A stretch of DNA of 61,695 bases, filler included, from Basidiobolus meristosporus CBS 931.73 (taxonomy: Eukaryota; Fungi; Basidiobolomycota), in the NCBI GenBank assembly GCA_002104905.1. It is 4 parts of 4 records of this genome, joined end to end, with 100 filler letters (N's around TTAATTAATTAA, not from the genome) between each part and the next. Parts side by side here need not be neighbours in the genome. Positions count along the whole stretch, not along the records: positions 31,872 to 47,867 come from MCFE01001135.1; positions 47,968 to 61,695 come from MCFE01001196.1; 2 more parts are not named here. One strand, 5' to 3'. The first letter of the stretch is position 1; each line of letters begins with the position of its first letter. A program made the position numbers and the translations under genes. Shown here piece by piece: positions 37,501 through 51,081 of the stretch. The notes under the pieces are model-generated. The model did not search any database. It was not told where the DNA came from and worked only from the letters and a program-made list of their open reading frames with translations.

Positions 37501-39320
37501 GTTTAATTCCCACAATTTGATATTGGCTATTGCAGCCAAATATATTTTTTTATACTTCAAATGAATGTAAAAACTGGATTTTTGAATGAAGTACTTGATG
37601 AGGATACATATATAGACCAGCATAATGGGTTTGTTGACCAAGACAACCTCCATTTGGTCTGCAAGCTTGAAAAGTTTCTATATGAACCAGGTCTATTTGC
37701 TTTATATGTGGATGATCTTATTGTAGCCACCAATAACCTAGCAACATGGAAGAGACTAAATCCTGCCTATCTAAAGAGCTCAAGATGTCCAATCTAGGAG
37801 AACTCAGTTACTACTTGGGGATTAAGTTTTCCATAGACAGTGGTACCCAGACTATTACCCCAAGACAATCCAAGTATATTCAAGATATACTAAAGAAGTA
37901 CCAACAGGAAGACTATAAACTGGCAGCTACCCAATGGAGACAAACCTTAACCTGGTCAAAACTCAATCAAATCAAGAGAGCTTGGTGCCATCTGAAAGCC
38001 CTGACTTTCCTTATCAATCTATGGTAGGCAGTCTGATGTACATCATGCTTGAAACATGTCCAGGTTTCTCATATTCAGTGGGAGTTGTCAGCCAATATAA
38101 TCAGAACTCTGGAACTGATCATATTGCTGCAGTTAGACAGAAATAGCCAAGAACCTACTATCTGTAAGTAAGGCCACCACAGGAGGACTCAGTTTTTGCA
38201 TTGACAATTTTGGATGAAGGATCACTGATCAGAATGGTGACCATATTGCTTTGGGTATCAGATATCAGAATCTATACAAGTTGACTTATATTCCATCATA
38301 CCTGGAAGCCAATATAAGTAACTTTGATGAAGAAAACCAATGCTTTGACACAAGAGATTTGGGCACATCAATTTTGATTATTTGTGCAAAATGATCAATG
38401 ATCAGCTAATTTCTGGAGTAGAGATTGATCCCCTGCCTAATTTGGAGCACTATGAAGCTGTGTATATAGGAAACAAGCCAGATAATCATTCAAGAGCTCT
38501 GAGTTAATCAAAACCAAGAGAAAATTAGATCTGATTCACTCATAGCTGTGCAGACCTATTCAAAATTTATCCTTAGGTGGGATAAAGTATTTACGCACTT
38601 TAAAGATGATTATGCAAGATACAGATGAGTCTACTTCATGGAGAGAAAGGAAGAAGCTCTGTCTAAGCTCAGGGAGCTGAATATCCTGGTGGAGAGGGAA
38701 ACTGGTGGAAAAATCAAGAAAATACACTCTGGCAATGGTGGAGAATATGTTGTAAATATGTGTGATTCTACCTAAATATTCACCAAGCTTAGTCACTTGG
38801 ATCATTACCTTCATATCCTAGGGAATACTGACCAAATTCCTAGTCAGGATTTCCTTAGAATATTTTCACCAAGATATATGGTACCCAGAACATGAAAACT
38901 CTCAAAGTTGACTAAACCACCCCAGACTATGCACACATGTTCATGGGACCTTCCTTAATCTATTCTACATGTTTGTAATGCCAAGACCATGTGAAAGCAT
39001 AAATACTACTTCTACCTTCAATAAATCATCAAGTGAAAACAACATAATCTACTTGTCCTTCCAATCACTTCCTATATCTCCAAGACTTTTACTACAGAAT
39101 ATACCTCAAAACTCTTCATCTACTCCTGCAAAATGCATGAGTTAAAGCAGAAGACTACTGTACCATACTCCCCACAGCAAAATAGAGTAGCAGAATGTGC
39201 AAACAGATCAATAACTGATTTGACAAGTTATATGATCCATGATCAGAAAGTTTGTATGATTTTTGGGTATATTCAGTTGCCATAGCTATATACCTTAAAA
39301 ATTTAAGTTATAACAGAATA
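34503..39320 (+). mobile_element. Degenerate copia A4 plus a second PR-IN fragment joined at ~38141
   Basis: 5' LTR 34503-34848, PBS GGCTATGAGCCC, fragmented gag-pol to RT; sequence jumps back to the protease region at 38141. Confidence 0.88.
38748..39096 (+). mobile_element. Solo LTR (family A) in an integrase fragment
   Basis: 349 bp TG...CA, perfect TSD GAATA (38743-38747, 39097-39101). Confidence 0.93.
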
Positions 39321-39923
39321 CTTATACAAGTTCTTATCTCTGATACCCAATGCAATATGAGCACCATTTTGCTCAGTGATCCTCCATCCAGAATTGTCAA
39401 AGCTGAAACTGAGTCCTTCTGCTATGGCCTTGCTTACAGATAGTAGGTACTTTGCTATTTCTGGCTCATAGAGTACTTCTTTAAAGGTCAGTGTATGGCT
39501 TCCCTTATTGTTTCTAAGGCTTACTTGGATGGTTCCTTCTCCCACTGCATCAAGTATTCTATTGTCATCCATGAAACCTTTATAAATGGAATTTCTTGAT
39601 GTTGTGCAAAAAGTTCTTTTTGGTTTGTAAAGTGTTGAGATGCTCCAGAGTCAACATACCACATCTGAGAATCCTTGTTTGTGGTCATATTTAGTGCAGA
39701 TAGAAATAGTCTATATTCAGGCTTTTTCTGCTGACTCTCTCTTTTTCAAGCATTGGACTGATGTGTGTCCTTTCCTTTTGCAGTACTCACAAGTCAGGTT
39801 GCTATTGCCTTTGAAAGTTCTTAAGTATCTCCTTTTCTGGTTAACATTGCTTATTAAAGCTTTTTCTTCTTCCTTCTTATTGGTGCTTGATTTTCTTAAC
39901 TCTACATCCAGGAGCTTTTCATG
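39320..39923 (-). mobile_element. Family A gag-protease fragment
   Basis: ORF 39303-39572 matches family A protease region. Confidence 0.85.
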
Positions 39924-42900
39924 TGTTGTTAGAGTCTTGGAGATTCTGGAAATGATTGGCAGGACAAGTAGATTATGTGGTTTTCACTTGATGATTTATT
40001 GAATTTCTAAGTAGTATTTATACATTTACATGGTCTTGACATAACAACAACATAAAATAGATTAAGGAAGGTCCCATGAACATGTGTGCAAAGTTTGGGG
40101 CTCTTTGGACAGCTTTAAGAATTTTCATGTTCTGGGTACCTGGTATTTTGATGAAAATATTCCAAGTAAATAGCAACAAGGAATTTGGTCAGTATTCTCT
40201 AGGATTTGAAGGTAATGATCTAAGTGACTAAGTTATGTGAGTATTTAAGTGGAATTACAAACTTTTTACAACAGTCCCACTCAGCTAAATGTTCATACTG
40301 ACTGGTCCTAATTTTGATCTAAGATATTCAAGCTTGTCTCTGACTTATGATTTGGTAAATATGTCTGCAATCATTTCATATGAAGGACAGCAAGCTAAGC
40401 TCACTAAGCTATTCTCTATAGCTTCACATATGAAACAATGTCTAATATCTATGTGCTTAGTTCTACCATGAAATGTTGGATTTCTACCTAGTTGTATCCA
40501 TCCTTAATTATATTGAAATAAGGTAATAGGTGTTTTTTAAAATAGGCCTAAATCTGTAAAAGCTTTCTTAGCAACATTCCTTCTTTTGTAGCTTCACAGG
40601 CTGCCATATACTCTGTCTTGGTGGTAGAAAGCACTATGGTTTGTTGCTTTCTTGAATTCCATGAAATTGCTCCTTTACAGTAAAAAAAGGTGTATCCTGC
40701 GGTTGATCTGCTGTCTTCCAAATCTTGTCCCCAATTAGCATCAGAGTATCCCACAGGATCCTGTTCTGAATCCTTTTAAGTGTATCTTCAGCAGATATCA
40801 GCAGCTCCTTTCAGATATCTAACCATCTGCTTAACTGCTGCAATACGATCAGATCCATAGTTCTGATTATGTTGGCTGACAACACCCACTGAATATGAGA
40901 AATCTTGATGTGCTCCAAGCATGATGTACATCAGAGTGCCAATCATAGACTGATAAGGAAAGTCAGAGCTTTCCGATGACACCAAGCTCTCTTGATTTGA
41001 TTGAGTTTTGACCAAGTTAGGGTGTGTCTCCATTGGGTAGCTGCCAGTTTATAGTCTTCCTGTTGGTACTTCTTTAGTATATCTTGAATATACTTGGATT
41101 GTCTTGGGGTAATAGTCTGGGTACCACTGTCTATGGAAAACTTAATCCCCAAGTAGTAACTGAGTTCTCTCAGATTGGACATCTTGAGCTCTTTAGATAG
41201 GCTGGATTTAGTCTCTTCCAATGTTGCTAGGTTATAGGTGGCTACAATAAGATCATCCACATATAGAGCTAATAGAACTGGATTTGCTCTATCTGGCTTA
41301 TAGTAAATACTACAGTCAGCATTACTCCTTTGGAAACTCAAAGATTGCAAATAGGAATCTATCTTGCAATTCCAGGCTCTTGGTGATTGTTTGAGACCAT
41401 ATAGCAACTTTTTAAGCTTGCAGACCAAATGGGGGTTATCTTGATCAACAAACCCATCATGCTGGTCCATATCCATGTTCTCAGCAAGCTCTCTGTTCAA
41501 AAATGCAGCTTTTACATCTATTTGATGGATAAAAAACTTATATTTGGCTGCAATAGCCAAAATTAAACTGATGGAATTAGACTTGGCTACCAGTGCAAAG
41601 GTCTCAGTATAGTCAAGTCCTTTTGTTTGAGAGTACCCTTTGGCCACAAGTCTTGCTTTTTAGCTTTCAATTGTACCATCAGCCCTGTATTTTGTCTTAA
41701 AGACCCATCCGCATCCAATTGATTTTTAGTTGATTGGTAATTGACCAAGTCCCAAGCTTGATTTTCCATTGGTGCCTGATATTCCTCAGTCATTGCAGAT
41801 CTCCAAAACTTTGTCTGAGGGCTATTAAGGCCTCTTTTACAGTCTGGGGTGCATCAATATGGGCTGAATAGGCCTAGGTTAAGTTTGTACCCTCATTGAT
41901 ATAGTAATTTAGGCTATTTGTTGTCTGATAGGATTGATGGGCATTTGATACTGGAATGATCACTTCCGGGATATTCCAGGGAACTGATTCAGGCAGAACC
42001 ATGGCTGTAGTGTCCCCTGTAGTGAAAAAGCTCTCATTGTTTTGCTCTAATTCAATCCTGACTATTGGTGGACTTGAGATCAAATTTTGGTCATCTTGTG
42101 ATATCATTTTTTGTAAAAGTTTGAATTTTCATCAAACAACACATCCCTGGACTTGACTAGCTTCTTTGCTTTGGTATTGTAGAGTCTGTATGCTTTACCC
42201 TCATTTCAGTAGCCCAAAAATATGCATTTTACACTTCTTGGCTCAAATTTTGACTGATTTTCAGTCAGTTTCTTGGCATTGTTGCAATTTAAGAAGTGAT
42301 TTGGATATAAGGAACTTATCAAGATACAGTGTTAATAGCTGAACTGTTGTTTACTCATAAAGAGGATCAGTATTTATACCTTTGTAGAAGTAATACAGCT
42401 GTAGCACTAAGTACGGAGGGTTTCTTAACATTCAGGAGCATTCTGTAACAGTTTCAGGGTTAGTGCATAATGTTTGGCAAAAGTGTTAATGTGATCTTCA
42501 CTATAGGGGAATAATCATTGGATCATAGATGTGAAGAAACTGGCAAAGTTGGGGCTGCAAGTAAGTCCTATGGTGACCAAGACTGGTCTAGAATTGTTCA
42601 GTAAATTTTCAGCTGCTGAATGATACAAAATAGTCCAATATTTCAACAGCCATATGCTGCACACCCAAATATTCTTAGATGCTCTGCACTTTATGTGTAT
42701 CCATACCATGCTTCAAATGGAGTAGAATCGCAAAGTATTCTGTTATAACTCCTATTTTTAAGGTATACAGCTGTGGTATTCCACCAAAATATCTTACCTA
42801 AGAAGTGGATGAAGAGTTTTCATGTATATTCTCCACCATTGTCAGAGCATGTTTTCTGGAATTTTTCACCAGTGTCTCTTTCCACTAAGGCTTTACACTC

Positions 42901-43317
42901 CCTGAACTTAGACAGAGCTTCTTCCTTTCTTTCCATGAAGTAGACCCACATGTATCTTGTATAATCATCTATAAAAGTGATTAAATACTTCATCCTGCCT
43001 AAGGATAAGTTTTGCATAGGTCCACACAGATCTGAGTGAATCAGATCTAATTTTTCTTAGTTTTGATTAACCCAGGGCTCTTGAATGGTTGTCTGGCTTG
43101 TTTCCCATATATGCAGGCTTCATAGTGCTTGAAATCAGGTGGGGGATCTATTTTTACTCTGGAAATTAGCTGATTTTTGATCATTTTGTGCACATAATCA
43201 AAGTTGATATGCCTAAATCTCCTGTGCCAAAGCATTGGTGTTTCTACATTAAAGTTACTTATATTGGCTTCCAGATATGATGGAATGTAAGTCATCTTGT
43301 ATAGACATTGGTGTTTC
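39924..43317 (-). mobile_element. Copia A5, 5'-truncated (pre-IN, IN, RT, RH, 3' LTR 39924-40273)
   Basis: Reverse-strand ORF fragments match family A pol; PPT complement GTCCCACTCA adjoins the LTR at 40274. Confidence 0.9.
42280..42648 (-). mobile_element. Solo LTR of copia family B inserted in A5
   Basis: 369 bp, reverse complement of the 55633-56001 LTR; TSD GGCAT/GCCAT (one mismatch). Confidence 0.9.
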
Positions 43318-46300
43318 TGTTGTAAAAGTTTGTATTTCCACCTAAATATTCACCTAACTTAGTCACTTAGATCATCACCTTCAAATCCTAGAGAATACTG
43401 ACCAAATTCCTTGTCAGGATTTACTTAGAATATTTTCACCAAAATACCAGGTACCCAGGACATGAAAAATTCTCAAAGTTGTCCAAACAGCCCCAAACTT
43501 TGCACACATGTTCTTGGGACCTTCCTTAACCTATTCTACGTGTTTGTAATGCCAAGACCAGGTAAAAGTATAAATACTACTTTTACATTCAATAAATCAT
43601 TAAGTGAAAACAACATACTCTACTTGTTCTCCAAATCACTTCCAATATCTCCAGGACTCTTACAACAGGGTATGAGCCCCAAGCTGTCACTCTCTGCAAT
43701 GTCTACTACTGCTATTACTGGAATTTTTCCCTCTGCTGAAAAGTTGGATGGATCCAACTACCAAGTGTGGAAGGTGATGATGAAGATGCTGCTACAAGAA
43801 AGAGGCCTTTGGGATATTGTCATGGGAGAAGAATACCCTCCTAAAAACGTGGAAGAGGAAGCCTTAAAGTACCAGAAGAAAGAACAAAGTGCCTTTAACT
43901 GCATTTGCCTTAATGTCAAGGACAAATTGCTAATTCAATGCTCAAGAGCAAAACGGCCAGGAATGCCTGGAAAGCATTGGAAGACACCTACCAGTCATGT
44001 TCAGCTGCCAAGAATATGTATCTAAGACAAAAATTCCTTACTACAAAGATGCTGCCAGGAGAAAAAATGAAAAATCTAATTAACAGAATTACCCTGCTGG
44101 TAGATGAGATGGAATCTGTGGGCGTACCAACTACTGATGAGGATGTGATAGTTACCATCCTGAATAGCCTGACAGACAAGTTTCAGGGCCTTGTATCAGC
44201 CCTAGAGTCCAGAACTGAAGATTTGACCTTAAATTACGTATATGGAAGGCTCCTGGATGAAGAATTAAGAAAATCAAGCGCAAATAAGAAGGAAGAAGAA
44301 AATGCTTTAATAAGCAATGATAACCAACAAAGGAGGTACCCAAGACCCTACAAAGGCAACAGCAACCTGTTTTGTAACTACTGCAAAAGGAAAGGATACA
44401 CATCAGACCGGTGTCTCAAAAAGAAAGATAATCAGCAAAAGAAGCCTGAATATGGAAATGCTGCAACAACTGAAGATAGACTATTCAAATCTGCACTAAA
44501 TATGACTACAAACAAGGATTCTCAGACGTGGTATATTGACTCTGGAGCATCTCAACACTTTACACACCAAAAAGAACTTTTTACCCAATATCAAGAAATT
44601 CCAATTAAGAAGGTTTTCATGGGTGACAATAGAATACTTGATGCAGTGGGAGAAGGAACTATACAAGTAAACCTTAGAAGCAGTGAAGGAAGCCATACAC
44701 TGACCTTTAAAGAAGTACTCTATGTACCAGAAATAGCCAAGAACCTACTCTCTGTAGGCAAGGCCACAGCAGAAGGACTCAGTTTCAGTTTTTACAATTC
44801 TGGATGCAGGATCACTGATCAAAATGGTGCCCATATTGCTTTGGGCATCAGAGATCAGAATCTATACAAGTTGACTTATATTCCATCATATCTGGAAGCC
44901 AATATAAGTAACTTAAATGAAGAAACACCAATGCTTTGGCACAGGAGATTTGGGCACATCAATTTTGATTATTTGTGCAAAATGATCAAAGATCATCTAA
45001 TTTCTGGAGTGAAAATTGATCCCCCAGCTAATTTGGAGCACTGTGAAGCCTGCATATATGGGAAACAAGCCAGACAACCGTTCAAGAGCTCTGGGTTGAT
45101 CAAAACTAAGAAAAATTAGATTAGGAGTAGCAGAACAAGCTAACAGATCAATAATTGATATGGCCAGATCTATGATCCATGATCAAAAATTATCCTACAA
45201 TTTTTGGGCAGAATCAGTTGCCACTGCTGTATACCTTAAAAATAGGAGTTATAACAGAATACTTTGTGATTCTACCCCATTTGTAGCATGGTATGGATAC
45301 AGACCAAGTGCAGAACATCTAAGAATATTTGGGCATACAGCATATGCCAAAAAACTGGCCGGAAATCAGTCAAAATTTGAGCCAAAAAGTTTAAAATGCA
45401 TATTTTTGGGCTACTGCAATGAGAGTAAGGCATACAGACTCTACAATGCCGAAGCAAAGAAGCTGAGCAAATCCAGGGATGTGTTGTTTGATGAAAATTC
45501 AAAATTTTCACAAAAAATGACATCAGATGATGATGAAAATTTGATCTCAAGTCCACCAATTGTCAGGATTGAATCAGAGCAAAACAATGAAGATTTTTTC
45601 ACTCCAGAGGACTCTACAACCGTGGTTCAGCCGGAATCAGTGCCCAGGAATATCCCAGAAGTGATCATTCCAGTATCAAGTGCCCGGAGATCCAATTGGA
45701 CAAGAAATAGCCCAAATTACTATATTAATGAGGGTACAAACTTAGCCTATGCCTATTCAGTCCATATTGATGAACCCCAGACCGTAAAAGAGGCCCTAAA
45801 TAGCCCTCAGACAAAGTTTTGGAGATCTACAATGACTGAGGAATATCAGGCCCTGATGGAAAATCAAACTTGGGACTTAGTCAAATTACCAATCAACCAA
45901 AAATCAATTGGATGCAGATGGGTCATTAAGACAAAATACAAGGCTGATGGTACAATTGAAAGATATAAAGCAAGACTTGTAGTCAAAGGATACTCTCAAA
46001 CAAAAGGACTTGACTATACTGCGACCTTTGCACCGGTAGTCAAGTTTAATTCCATCAGATTAATATTGGCTATTGCAGCCAAATATATGTTTTTTATTCA
46101 TCAAATGGATGTAAAACTGCATTTTTGAATGGAGAACTTGATGAGGATGTGTATATGGACCAGCCTGATGGGTTTGTTGACCAAGATAACCCCCATTTGG
46201 TCTGCAAGCCTAAAAAGTCACTATATGGTCTCAAACAATCACCAAGAGCCTGGAATTGCAAGATAGATTCTTATTGGAATCTCTGAGTTTCAAAAGGAGT

Positions 46301-47700
46301 AATGCTGCCTATAGTATATATTATAAGCCAGATAGAGCAAATACAGTTCTATTAGCTCTATATGTGGATGATCTTATTATAGCCACCAATAACCTAGAAA
46401 TATTGGAAGAGACTAAATCCAGCCTATCTAAGGAGTTCAAGATGTCCAATCTAGGAGAACTTAGTTACTACTTAGGGATTAAGTTCTCCATAGACAAAAG
46501 TACCCAGACTATTACCCTAAGCCAATCCAAGTATATTCAAGATATACTAAAGAAGTACCAAATGGAAGACTGTAAACTGGCAGCTACCCCAATGGAGACA
46601 AACCTTAACTTGGTCAAAACTCAACCAAATCAAGAGAGCTTGGTGCTATCTGAAAGCCCTGACTTTCCTTATCAATCTATGGTTGGCAGTCTGATGTATA
46701 TTATGCTTGGAACATGTTCAGATATCTCATATTCAGTGGGAGTTGTCAGTCAACATAATCAGAATTATGGATCTGATCATATTGCAGCAGTTAAGCGGAT
46801 TTTTAGATACCTAAAAGGAACTGCTGATATCTGCTTAAGATACACTTATAAGGATTCAGAACAAGATCTTGTGGGATACTCTGATGCATATTGGGGACAA
46901 AATTCAGAAGACAGAAGATCCACCACAGGATATACCTTTCTTTACTGTAAAGGAGCAATTTCATGGAATTCAAGAAAGCAACCAACCGTAGCACTTTCTA
47001 CTACAGAGGCAGAGTATATGGCAGCCTGTGAAGCTACAAAAGAAGCAATGTGGTTAAGAAAGCTCTTTACAGATTTAGGCCTATGTCAAAAAACGCCTAT
47101 TAGTTTATTTCATGATAATCAAGGATGTATACAATTAGGTAGAAATCCAACTTTTCATGCTAGGACCAAGCACAAAGATATTAGACATCATTTCATACGT
47201 GAAGCTATAGAGAATAACTTAGTTAGCTTAGTTTACAGTCCTACAGATGAAATGATTGCAGACAAATTTACCAAACCATTAGCTAGAGACAAGTTTGAAT
47301 ATCTTAGGTCAAAATTAGGACTAGTCAGTATGAACATTTAGCTGAGTGGGAGTGTTGTAAAAGTTTGTATTTCCACCTAAATATTCACCTAACTTAGTCA
47401 CTTAGATCATCACCTTCAAATCCTAGAGAATACTGACCAAATTCCTTGTTGGGATTTACTTAGAATATTTTCACCACAATACCAGGTACCCAGAACATGA
47501 AAATCTCAAAGTTGTCCAAACAACCCCAGACTTTGCACACGTGTCTTGGGACCTTCCTTAACCTATTCTATGTGTTTGTAATGCCAAGACCAGGTAAAAG
47601 TATAAATACTACTTTTACATTCAATAAATCATTAAGTGAAAACCACATAATCTACTTGTTCTCCAAATCACCTTCCAATATCTCCAAGACTCTTACAACA
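43318..47700 (+). mobile_element. Two-LTR copia A6 with a ~300-bp deletion in the integrase core
   Basis: LTRs 43318-43667 and 47353-47700, perfect TSD GTTTC, PBS GGGTATGAGCCC, PPT; deletion junction at ~45121. Confidence 0.97.
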
Positions 47701-47867
47701 GTTTCTTCATTCAAGTCACTAATACTGGCTGCCAGATATGATCTACTATAAGTCAGTTTATACAGATTCTGATCTCTGATACCCAAAGCAATATGGGCAC
47801 CATTTTTGGATCAGTGATCCTGCATCCAGAAACTGTCAAAGCTGAAACTGAGTCCTTCTGCTGAGGC
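47701..47867 (-). mobile_element. Continuation of the family A copy that A6 inserted into (protease/pre-IN region)
   Basis: Reverse complement matches GIRDQNLYKLTY...NEETP; cut by the gap. Confidence 0.8.
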
Positions 47868-47967
47868 NNNNNNNNNNNNNNNNNNNNNNNNNNNNNNNNN
47901 NNNNNNNNNNNTTAATTAATTAANNNNNNNNNNNNNNNNNNNNNNNNNNNNNNNNNNNNNNNNNNNN
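47868..47967. other. Assembly gap with artificial linker
   Basis: N44-TTAATTAATTAA-N44. Confidence 0.98.
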
Positions 47968-48639
47968 ATCTTTAGGCACTGTTGTTATGCTTCAAAGACT
48001 GTACAATGTTCATCTGCTGTTACATTGGGAAATGACTCAATTCTTGACTGTGACATTGAGCTACTGGAGCTCCTTCTTTGCAGTAAAGATACTGCTTTCT
48101 CTTCCTGGGATATTGATTGATATGCACCTTTTAACTGCTCATCCTGTTTCCAAGCTGTTTCCTGATTTCTCTGGGCCATTGCATTTATCCTATCTCCCAC
48201 TCTACCTAATTACCTCAGAAATGCTTTGGTATGAGCTGACAGCATACTTAGTGATACAGGTAATGGTGATGTAGTGACAGTCACTTGCTGTTCTTCCACT
48301 GAATGTACTGCCTTTGCTACACTCTCATCTGCCTCAGCATTATGATGAACTTGTGGCTCTGCAGAGATTCCCAATCTCCTACTTGACTAAGAGCCTGAAG
48401 AGTACATATTATTACCTTGAGTGGGCACACTGTCCATAGGACCTTTTTGGTTCTAGCCCTGCTTGTTGCACTGAATGTCAGAGTAAGCTGTTGTCCAACC
48501 ATTCTTCTGCTGCTGTCAGCAGTGGAGTTTGGTTGGGAACCAGAAAGCTTTGCTTTATTATTTGGTGGCATACATATGAAAGTGAGTCAAACCAAGTGGA
48601 AATGATGTTATAAAGAAAAATGATCATGTGGCAATTGTG

Positions 48640-49839
48640 GCAAGCCTCTCAGTCATGAAGCATGAAGACCGCATAAGTAGTATTACAAAGTTCATGGCCA
48701 GTATTTTGCCACACAAGTTATATTTGATCATTCACCAGTTACCACTGTACCAATAATATCTTGCTGGCCACTTGATACTTCTGAAACAGCACCTAGATGC
48801 ACTTGTTACCTTGCACAAACTGAGTCAGGCAAGTTTGTGATGTCTTTAGACTCACCCCAGCCTTCTGAACATGGCACACAGAGTGATAGCTCTGAAGTAG
48901 AAGGCACACTGATGGATTGTGAGCCTATATTCCCTAACAACAGTATATTTGCAAACTGCTAAGAAGCAAGGGCTACCTTCAAGGTGAGTATGACTATGCC
49001 TTTGCCTTGTCACTTGATTGGTACTCATTAAACAAGTACTCTACTGTCAAATACTGCTGGCCACTGATTCTCATCAACCTAAATCTGCTGCCTATCTTAT
49101 GGTATCATAGCAGAAATATGATTGTAGCCTCATGGTTGTCTGGGCCTAAATTTCCATCCAACCTGGATAGCTATCTGTATCCATTGCTGGATGAATATTT
49201 TATGCATTCCAGCAGGATAATAGTGAATGGCCACCATGTCAAAGCACATATTAATACCCAAACATCTACACTAAGAACATGGACTTTCTGCCGAGAGGAT
49301 GTCCAGAAGTCAGCATGCAATTGCAGCAAAGTTGCCAAGCTATAAGCCATCAGCCAGAATATGGATTGAATTGGAAACTGGAGATACTTCAGATAGAGGG
49401 TATCTGATGGAGTATAAGCTTACCACTGGGAGCAATGCATTTGCTCTTCAATAATATCCCAATACTGATGACCAAGTTGTACATGGGACATTTCAAGATA
49501 AATGAGCCCATAGAGATACCAGAGATATTTGAAAAAATTGGCAAGATATTGCAGAGTATTTTCTACCCTAAGTACCTCTCATGGGCTCCAATCAACATTC
49601 ATACTCATATGCAACCATACAAGTGCAAAGACTAGATGATCTAGATATGTATTTATTCAAGTGGCCTTTTGAATCCATTTCTACCAAGAGTACATTGGAA
49701 GCATTGGGGGTCACATGTGGACATTATAGGAATATTTATCCACAAGCAGATCACCAATGCCAACTGGACTCATCTACAGTCTTTGTGCAAAGAATTTGTG
49801 ACAGTATATGAGTGGCTATACTACAAACATAGTACTGAA
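48640..49839 (+). pseudogene. CACTA/EnSpm-like (Transposase_21-type) transposase relic
   Basis: YCWPLILINLNLLP...NMIVASWLSGPKFPSNLDSYLYPLLDE, MHLLFNNI and FVTVYEWLYY resemble CACTA transposase motifs; recognised by eye, fragmented. Confidence 0.7.
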
Positions 49840-50215
49840 TGTGTTATGAATAGACACAAGGCAGGAGAGTAGGGCTATGCAAGGCAGGACCAGGAAAGGA
49901 CTTAGGTGTGGATCAACAAGGCAAGGCAGAATTCAAAGGCAAGGCTCTTTATTCAAGACCTGTGTTTATCAGACTGAGGAATACTTAAGGGGGGATAGGA
50001 CTATATATACTTTTTGGTTATACTAATGCCAAGAGATAGGACTACTGTTGCCATGAATGGTGGGATGAAACCTAGTAGGGCAATAGTTCTTGTGATAGCA
50101 GAGAAGATTGACAAGGGAACTCCTTCAGTAGACTGGGGTTGATGGTCCACATTACTTGGTATAGATCTCCTCTAATATGTCACCAGGAGATCCAGCGGTG
50201 GCAATAGAATTAACA
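49840..50215 (-). mobile_element. Probable solo LTR of another family
   Basis: TG(TG)TTA...TAACA ends, possible 4-bp TSD TGAA, TATA then AATAAA order on - strand; interrupts the transposase relic. Confidence 0.5.
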
Positions 50216-51081
50216 TGAAAGGGCCGCTCAGATGAGTAAGTCTAATCAAAGTTGGAATGTGATTGGGTAGAGGTGATATGAATCAGCTTGGTGCAATCAT
50301 CTTAAATTATCCAATTTTCCATGCATTGTGATTAAATCTCCAACAATTGCAATGTATCCCATCATTGTGCTGCAAAAATCATCCTGAGACAATGACTTGG
50401 TGACTTTATTGATGATTTACACATAAGTCTATAATCAAATAGGAAATCTGCAATTGATATGATTGGATTGGTGTTAATGCAGTCTGTGACACATTATGCC
50501 TAATATATGGAAAATTCAACATTGACATTAGTTTTTGTAAGCATTTCATATAAGACCAGGTTAATGCCAATATGCTACTCTACAAGTATCCAAATCCATC
50601 ACTATGATCCACATACCAAGTCTTGGCTCATCTTTAGTACAGCCCAGACAAAATTCATCCCCCAGCTCACAAGCACAGTCTAGACCATAAAACTTGATGT
50701 TAGATCTGTTCAAGTTTATACCAATTGATTTTAGTACAGCCCAAGCTTCTACAATGAGCCTTCATACAGATATTTGTTCTCTACTCATTGATCTAGCAGA
50801 GCTGGATACCTCATAGAGTTGCAGAGATGGATGAATCTGAGTAAAAAGCTGTGCCATGAGTTCTAAATCAAGATGCCAGCAGATTCATGCAAGCAGACAT
50901 ATAACAAGACAAATATTTTATTCAAGAATGAGCAGTGAGTGAGGGGATTTTGTGGGGAGGCTGCACACAAACAATTATAAGCTCAATTTGTATAGCACAG
51001 GCTGGATATGTTGGTTTTTGCCTCAGTTTTGGAGACCAAAGTGAAATTGATTGAGTTTTTGCCTCAAATAACTAATGCCTT

